Position numbers and translations under genes: made by a program
Notes under the pieces: generated by a model
Database searches by the model: none
What the model saw: the letters and a program-made list of their open reading frames with translations, nothing else
Told to the model about the DNA's origin: nothing
Assembly: GCA_003602515.1 (NCBI GenBank)
Contig: QQSB01000005.1
Span: 88,247-152,246 of the forward strand
DNA length: 64,000 nt
Reading direction: 5' to 3'
Source of the DNA: Candidatus Poseidoniales archaeon
GTDB lineage: Archaea > Thermoplasmatota > Poseidoniia > Poseidoniales > Thalassarchaeaceae
Shown: positions 59,534 through 64,000 of the stretch, in pieces
How the letters are laid out: each line of letters opens with the position of its first letter
How positions within the stretch are numbered: the stretch's first letter is position 1

Positions 59534-60184
59534 CTAGATTCTCTTGACTACTAGGACCTCGCCGATTACATCTACGACTTCGATGAATTCGCCCGTCCCA
59601 ATCTCTGCGTCGTCCTCTGACTTCGCATTGTAGGTCCTCTGGGCCCCGTTGACGTCCACGGTGACCTGGCCGACTCCGTTATTTCCTATCCTGAGGTATG
59701 TTTGGCCCTTGGATCCGATTGCCTCTGAGAGATCGGTTGTGCCGTCCTGCTGCAGAGTGACGAAGAGTTCGAATAGCTTCCCAGTGGAGTACATGGATAA
59801 ACCCCCGGCAATAGCACCGGCCAACACTGACATACTAGCTCCCCCGTCTGACTTCAAGACGTACAAGCCAGCCAGCCCGAAGAACATCATGAATGCCATG
59901 ATTCCTTGGAACGTGAGTGCCTTGAACGATGCATCTGCTCCCATATCGACGTCTATGCCGAATAATCCATCGAATACATCGGTGGCAATTCCTCCAATGA
60001 TTAGTAAGAAGAAGTACAGAACAAACAGGATTCCCCCCACAAGTGCGCTAGCTGCGAAAAGCAGCTCCACCCCAGTTGCATCACCAAGCCCGACTAGTTC
60101 GAACAAATTCAGTTCAACCATTGATATCGCGTATGGCTTGTACGATTTGACTTGTTCGGCGGAAATGATGAGGAAATGCTTCAC
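59534..60184 (-). CDS. NfeD-like membrane protein (YqiJ type) with a C-terminal OB-fold
   Basis: Several TM helices are followed by GQVTVDVNGAQRTYNAKSEDDAEIGTGEFIEVVDVIGEVLVVKRI. It sits immediately upstream of flotillin. Confidence 0.75.
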   Translation of the reverse strand: MKHFLIISAEQVKSYKPYAISMVELNLFELVGLGDATGVELLFAASALVGGILFVLYFFLLIIGGIATDVFDGLFGIDVDMGADASFKALTFQGIMAFMMFFGLAGLYVLKSDGGASMSVLAGAIAGGLSMYSTGKLFELFVTLQQDGTTDLSEAIGSKGQTYLRIGNNGVGQVTVDVNGAQRTYNAKSEDDAEIGTGEFIEVVDVIGEVLVVKRI

Positions 60185-60444
60185 TTTCTGGAAAGTATGA
60201 CTCCGACGTACCTTTCAAGACTCAGTATGGGACCCAATGAAAGGCCGACCAAGACGAATGCTATAGTTAGGGCAGTGTCGGAAGAGAAGTAGGGGTCAAC
60301 TAGCGTGTAAGTCAGTAGCCCTATGATGAATAGGGTGACAGGTATCGCGGCTCTTCTGAAGAAGATGTGGTATCCGAACATCTGGTCGAATGCGGGATTC
60401 CCAATCGCCTTGTCGACTATTGTTTCCTCTTCTTTAGCAGACAT
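60181..60444 (-). CDS. Hypothetical 87-aa two-TM membrane protein
   Basis: The hydrophobic helices are AAIPVTLFIIGLLTYTLV and ALTIAFVLVGLSLGPILSL. It overlaps the NfeD start by 4 nt. Confidence 0.5.
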   Translation of the reverse strand: MSAKEEETIVDKAIGNPAFDQMFGYHIFFRRAAIPVTLFIIGLLTYTLVDPYFSSDTALTIAFVLVGLSLGPILSLERYVGVILSRK

Positions 60445-60453
60445 CGGCCATCC

Positions 60454-60798
60454 TCAGCCAATAAGCCAGGCCATTGCACCTATGAATGTCATCGTCATGG
60501 GAATTGCGTACCAGGCTGCCTTTACTGCCTTCGGGGAGTCATCCACTAGCTCCTTCCTGCCAGTTGCTGGGTCTACTTGCAGTATGGTCTTCTCAGCCTT
60601 GCTGTATAATTCGGTGAACTCTGACTCGTTTCGAGCGACAAACAGTAGGAAATATATCCCCAGAGCTAGAGTTCCCCCTCCGGACCACTGAATTAGTTGG
60701 CCAATTAGTTCGGAAGTGCCGGCAGAGATTATCGCATCTCCTATCAGTATCTGTGCTATCCCCATCATGAACCAAGTCAGTGAGTCTCTTCTTGCCAT
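60454..60798 (-). CDS. Hypothetical 114-aa three-TM membrane protein
   Basis: The helices are WFMMGIAQILIGDAIISAG, LALGIYFLLFVA and AWYAIPMTMTFIGAMAWLIG. A 9-nt gap separates it from the next gene. Confidence 0.5.
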   Translation of the reverse strand: MARRDSLTWFMMGIAQILIGDAIISAGTSELIGQLIQWSGGGTLALGIYFLLFVARNESEFTELYSKAEKTILQVDPATGRKELVDDSPKAVKAAWYAIPMTMTFIGAMAWLIG

Positions 60799-60850
60799 GG
60801 TGTCAAGAGGATAATACCCCTCTTCAATATGACGCCTGCATGGGTCTGAA

Positions 60851-61270
60851 TCAGCCTCCTCTGCTCTTTGGCCGAGTCTCCCAGATAGCCCATGTCCCCT
60901 TTGCGGTGGCCACCAGCTTTCCCTCTCCTGTGGTCAGCTTTCCCTCCACATGAGCGAGGTTCCTGCCCCTTCGAACGACCTGGGCCGTTGCTACAATGTG
61001 CTCTCCCTCGTTGACAGAGTTCAGGTAAGAGATGTCCAACTGAGCGGTTGCACACCACTCCTCCTTGGATATGATCGAGACTAGTGTGCCCCCCATTGCC
61101 GTGTCAAGGAGGGTTGCATGGATCCCGCCATGGGCAACTCCACCCATGTTCAGGTGCTTGCCTCTAACAGTTAGTTCGACTACGCATGATCCCTCGGTGA
61201 ATTCGGTGATCTCCATTCCAAGGGTCTCGGCCAATTCGGTAAGCCTCGGCGCGTCCCCCTCACGACTCAT
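60851..61270 (-). CDS. PaaI/hotdog-fold acyl-CoA thioesterase
   Basis: [19 protein letters not shown] is present. The length is about 140 aa. Confidence 0.8.
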   Translation of the reverse strand: MSREGDAPRLTELAETLGMEITEFTEGSCVVELTVRGKHLNMGGVAHGGIHATLLDTAMGGTLVSIISKEEWCATAQLDISYLNSVNEGEHIVATAQVVRRGRNLAHVEGKLTTGEGKLVATAKGTWAIWETRPKSRGG

Positions 61271-63036
61271 TCGGATGCCTCACCTGTCTGAACTGACCAT
61301 AACCTCGCATACAGGCCTTCCTGGGATACTAGATCGTCGTGACTCCCCATCTCGGTAATCTGCCCCTTCTCCATCACAGCGATTGTGTCTGCGTTCCTGA
61401 TTGTGGATAGCCTGTGAGCGATGATCAGGGTGGTTCGATCCCTGGATATCCTATCTATCGAGCGCTGCAGTGCCGCTTCAGTCTCGTTGTCCACGTTGCT
61501 GGTTGCCTCGTCTAGAACCAGTACTGGGGCGTCCTTCAGGACCGCCCGGGCAATTGCTATCCTCTGTCTCTGACCCCCGGATAGTCGGTGTCCATCCTCT
61601 CCAATATTGGTTTCCCAGCCCTCAGGCAGCTCATCGATGAATCCGATGGCCTCTGCGATGCGTGCTGCCTCGACAACTTCCTCCTCAGAGGCCTCGGGCC
61701 TGCCATAGAGCACGTTATCCCTCACGGTGCCCGGAAATAGGGTCGTGGTCTGGCTTACGAGAGATATCGCACCCCTCAGTGAGCCGAGCCTGAGTTCCCT
61801 GACATCATGACCGTCCATGGTGACTCTTCCCTCAAGGGGGTCGTGGAACCTGAGCAGTAGGCGAACTAGGGTTGTCTTTCCGGATCCGGTCGCTCCCACC
61901 AGCCCGACCGTCTTGCCAGAAGGTAGGTCGAGGTTGATCTCCCTGAGCACGTCCTCCCTCCCAGGGTATGTGAACTGGATTCCATCGAACCTGATGTCCC
62001 CCTCGGCCTCCTCGAGGCTTGTTTCGCCCTCGACCACTCCCACCTCGGTGTCGAGAAGGTCTAGGACCCTGCTCGTCGATGCGAGTGCCCTCTGGTATAG
62101 GTCGAATGTCTCCCCCAGCCTGGTAAGAGGCCATAGTAGACGTTGGGTGATGAATACGATTACCGAGTACTCCCCAAGGCCTATTTTTCCCTCGAGTGCA
62201 TACTTCCCGCCCACGAGCAGGTTTGCCGTGAAAGCGAACAGGATTGCCATCCTGATCAGGGGGACGAAAGATGCTGAGAGTCGGATGGCAGACCTGTTGG
62301 CGTCCCTGTACGACTTGGAAGCCTCGCTCACTCTCTGGGCTTCTCTCTCCTCGGCGGTGAATGACTTGATTGTAGTGATCCCCTGGAGGTTATTGTTCAG
62401 TATGGCGTTAAGCTCGGCTACCTCCTTGCGCACCTCGGTGTAGCGTACCCCGATCCTCCTCTGGTAGAGGAAGGACCCGGCGACTATTATCGGGACGGGG
62501 AGGATGGCGAGAATGGCTACCTCCGGTGCGAGCGAGAACATGATGCCGCTGACCACTATCACCGTGGTCCCCACCTGAAGGAGATCGTTTGCTCCGTGGT
62601 CCAGGAATCTCTCTAGTTGGTTTACGTCGTCATTCATGATCGCCATGAGGCCCCCTGTGCTCTGCTCGGAGAACCACTGCATCTCGAGATCCTGGATGTG
62701 CCTGTATGCATCCATTCTGAGCTCATGCTGGGCTGTCTGGGCTAGGTTCCTCCACAGCACCCCGTAGAAGTACTGGAATAGTGACTCTAGTACCCATATG
62801 GCCACTGTAATTCCAGCGAGGACCTGAAGCTGAACCCAGGGGTCGGTGTAACCGTAGTCAGCGAGGAATGACTCCTCCTGCTGGTGGACGACGTCTATGG
62901 CCATCCCAATCAGGACTGGAGGGGCAAGGTCCCATATCTTGTTCAAGACCGAGCATATCGATGCTAGGATGATAGTTCCCCTCTGATCCCTCATCTGAGT
63001 CATGAGTCGCGCCAGTGGGTGACGTGCTTCGGACAT
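61267..63036 (-). CDS. ABC exporter, fused permease and ATPase (MsbA/MDR-like half transporter)
   Basis: A six-helix TMD is followed by Walker [10 protein letters not shown], the signature [14 protein letters not shown] and Walker [10 protein letters not shown]. Confidence 0.9.
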   Translation of the reverse strand: MSEARHPLARLMTQMRDQRGTIILASICSVLNKIWDLAPPVLIGMAIDVVHQQEESFLADYGYTDPWVQLQVLAGITVAIWVLESLFQYFYGVLWRNLAQTAQHELRMDAYRHIQDLEMQWFSEQSTGGLMAIMNDDVNQLERFLDHGANDLLQVGTTVIVVSGIMFSLAPEVAILAILPVPIIVAGSFLYQRRIGVRYTEVRKEVAELNAILNNNLQGITTIKSFTAEEREAQRVSEASKSYRDANRSAIRLSASFVPLIRMAILFAFTANLLVGGKYALEGKIGLGEYSVIVFITQRLLWPLTRLGETFDLYQRALASTSRVLDLLDTEVGVVEGETSLEEAEGDIRFDGIQFTYPGREDVLREINLDLPSGKTVGLVGATGSGKTTLVRLLLRFHDPLEGRVTMDGHDVRELRLGSLRGAISLVSQTTTLFPGTVRDNVLYGRPEASEEEVVEAARIAEAIGFIDELPEGWETNIGEDGHRLSGGQRQRIAIARAVLKDAPVLVLDEATSNVDNETEAALQRSIDRISRDRTTLIIAHRLSTIRNADTIAVMEKGQITEMGSHDDLVSQEGLYARLWSVQTGEASE

Positions 63037-63122
63037 GCTCTCCGCTCGAACTGAATGTCTTCAACCCTACCGATACAAGAAGGACCAATGGCACTATGGG
63101 GTGATTATTCCCTGAGGGGGTC

Positions 63123-63701
63123 GTGGAGCCACTAGCAGCCTTCCTGATGGTGGCAGACTTCACACTGGCAGTTGTTTTCGTCGCCCTCTTCCATTGGTTG
63201 TATCGCACCGACAAGATTCCTCTGTCCTATCTTTATGCCTTCTGGATCGGAACTCTGATCGGATCGACTTGGGAGTTCACATTCCTATTCCTCGGTCCCG
63301 AGTTCCTCCATGGGGCGGTTGAATGGCCATGGGGTTTGGATGGGTGGCCGAGAAAGGTCTCCCACTCCATCTGGGACGGTGCAATATTCATGTTCGGAGT
63401 CTACCTTTGCCATCGCTGGCTGGACGGGGATCTTTTCCAGGGCTTCGATCGTAAAGAGCTCGGCATCATGTCCGGCTGGGGAATCTTTCAGGAACTGCTC
63501 GTGGAGTACCTTTTCAATGGCAGGGTCTGGATCTACGAACCGTTGTCTTGGAACCCTGTAATCATTCCAACCGTACCTGGCTCTGCCCCATTGTCCCCGG
63601 GATACACATTGATACCTCAAGCCGTATGGGTAATCGCCCCAGTGGTATTCTATACCTGCTTTCTATGGCTCGTGAAGAGATTTCCAGATAGTGAGAAATA
63701 G
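63123..63701 (+). CDS. Hypothetical Trp-rich multi-pass membrane protein
   Basis: It has a GTG start and about 5 hydrophobic segments. I recognise no motif. Confidence 0.45.
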   Translation: MEPLAAFLMVADFTLAVVFVALFHWLYRTDKIPLSYLYAFWIGTLIGSTWEFTFLFLGPEFLHGAVEWPWGLDGWPRKVSHSIWDGAIFMFGVYLCHRWLDGDLFQGFDRKELGIMSGWGIFQELLVEYLFNGRVWIYEPLSWNPVIIPTVPGSAPLSPGYTLIPQAVWVIAPVVFYTCFLWLVKRFPDSEK

Positions 63702-63728
63702 GCGGCACCCGATAGTGGCTTGGTGAAA

Positions 63729-63738
63729 TTTTAATATA
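63729..63738 (+). promoter_or_regulatory. TATA-box-like element (TTTTAATATA) about 20-25 nt upstream of the next ORF start
   Basis: The spacing is archaeal TATA-like and would fit a leaderless transcript starting near 63755. Confidence 0.45.
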
Positions 63739-63754
63739 GAACCGTTCTGACTTC

Positions 63755-63943
63755 GTGTCAGGTGAAAAAGTGAAAGGACAGATAGCAAATTTAGGATTAG
63801 CGGCTAGTGCAGTATCGATTGTAGCATCCGTGTACATATATTTCATGCACGACGGTGGAAACCATGACTTGGGTATCTTTGTGGGATTGTGGGCACCAAC
63901 TCTAATTCTATTTTCCCAAGAAATTGACAAAATGATGAAGTGA
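63755..63943 (+). CDS. Hypothetical 62-aa two-TM membrane protein
   Basis: It has a GTG start. The helices are LGLAASAVSIVASVYIYF and LGIFVGLWAPTLILF. It is preceded by the TATA-like element. Confidence 0.45.
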   Translation: MSGEKVKGQIANLGLAASAVSIVASVYIYFMHDGGNHDLGIFVGLWAPTLILFSQEIDKMMK

Positions 63944-64000
63944 AACGGGCAACTGTGCTTCTCATTGGCGTATTAAGTGCCAGTGAGTTATGAGCGGCAA

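Overview
All calls come from reading the sequence and the ORF track and recalling motifs. No database or HMM search was run, and start codons are approximate where noted.

This is a densely packed chromosomal segment with about 55 CDS and one tRNA. Most intergenic gaps are under 100 nt. Many starts and stops overlap, and several convergent genes abut or overlap at their stop codons.

The information-processing genes are archaeal:
- aRF1 with NIKS and GGQ motifs
- aIF-2 beta
- class I LysRS
- aTrm56
- archaeal-type UMP kinase
- Nog1-like GTPase
- XPD helicase
- GfcR-like PRTase regulator

Many metabolic genes look bacterial:
- GdhA
- a lipA / 2-oxoacid dehydrogenase E1ab-E2-E3 / lipB cassette
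- CarAB
- FolP
- UbiX
- thiolase
- flotillin/NfeD

My best guess, by inference only, is a streamlined marine planktonic euryarchaeote of the MGII/Poseidoniales type. I saw no CRISPR array, transposase, integrase or rRNA.

The most unusual content:
1. A surface-protein block at 7.7-19.7 kb. It holds a 2,986-aa mosaic protein (Ca-binding TSP3-like repeats, a transglutaminase-like core, many prealbumin-like modules, a TM helix and a cytoplasmic DUF4129-like tail) and a 984-aa partner. The block ends at a tRNA-Leu.
2. A molybdopterin oxidoreductase locus. A 4Fe-4S subunit fused to a shortened NrfD-like anchor precedes a catalytic subunit, and neither carries a Tat signal.
3. A single-chain tandem RHH regulator with a 35-bp palindrome upstream. 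Downstream lies a 283-nt gap holding a perfect 10-bp hairpin and a very basic 64-aa ORF.
4. An eight-gene co-directional cluster: ABC exporter, PaaI, two small membrane proteins, NfeD, flotillin and thiolase.
5. An unlisted 38-aa zinc-ribbon ORF.
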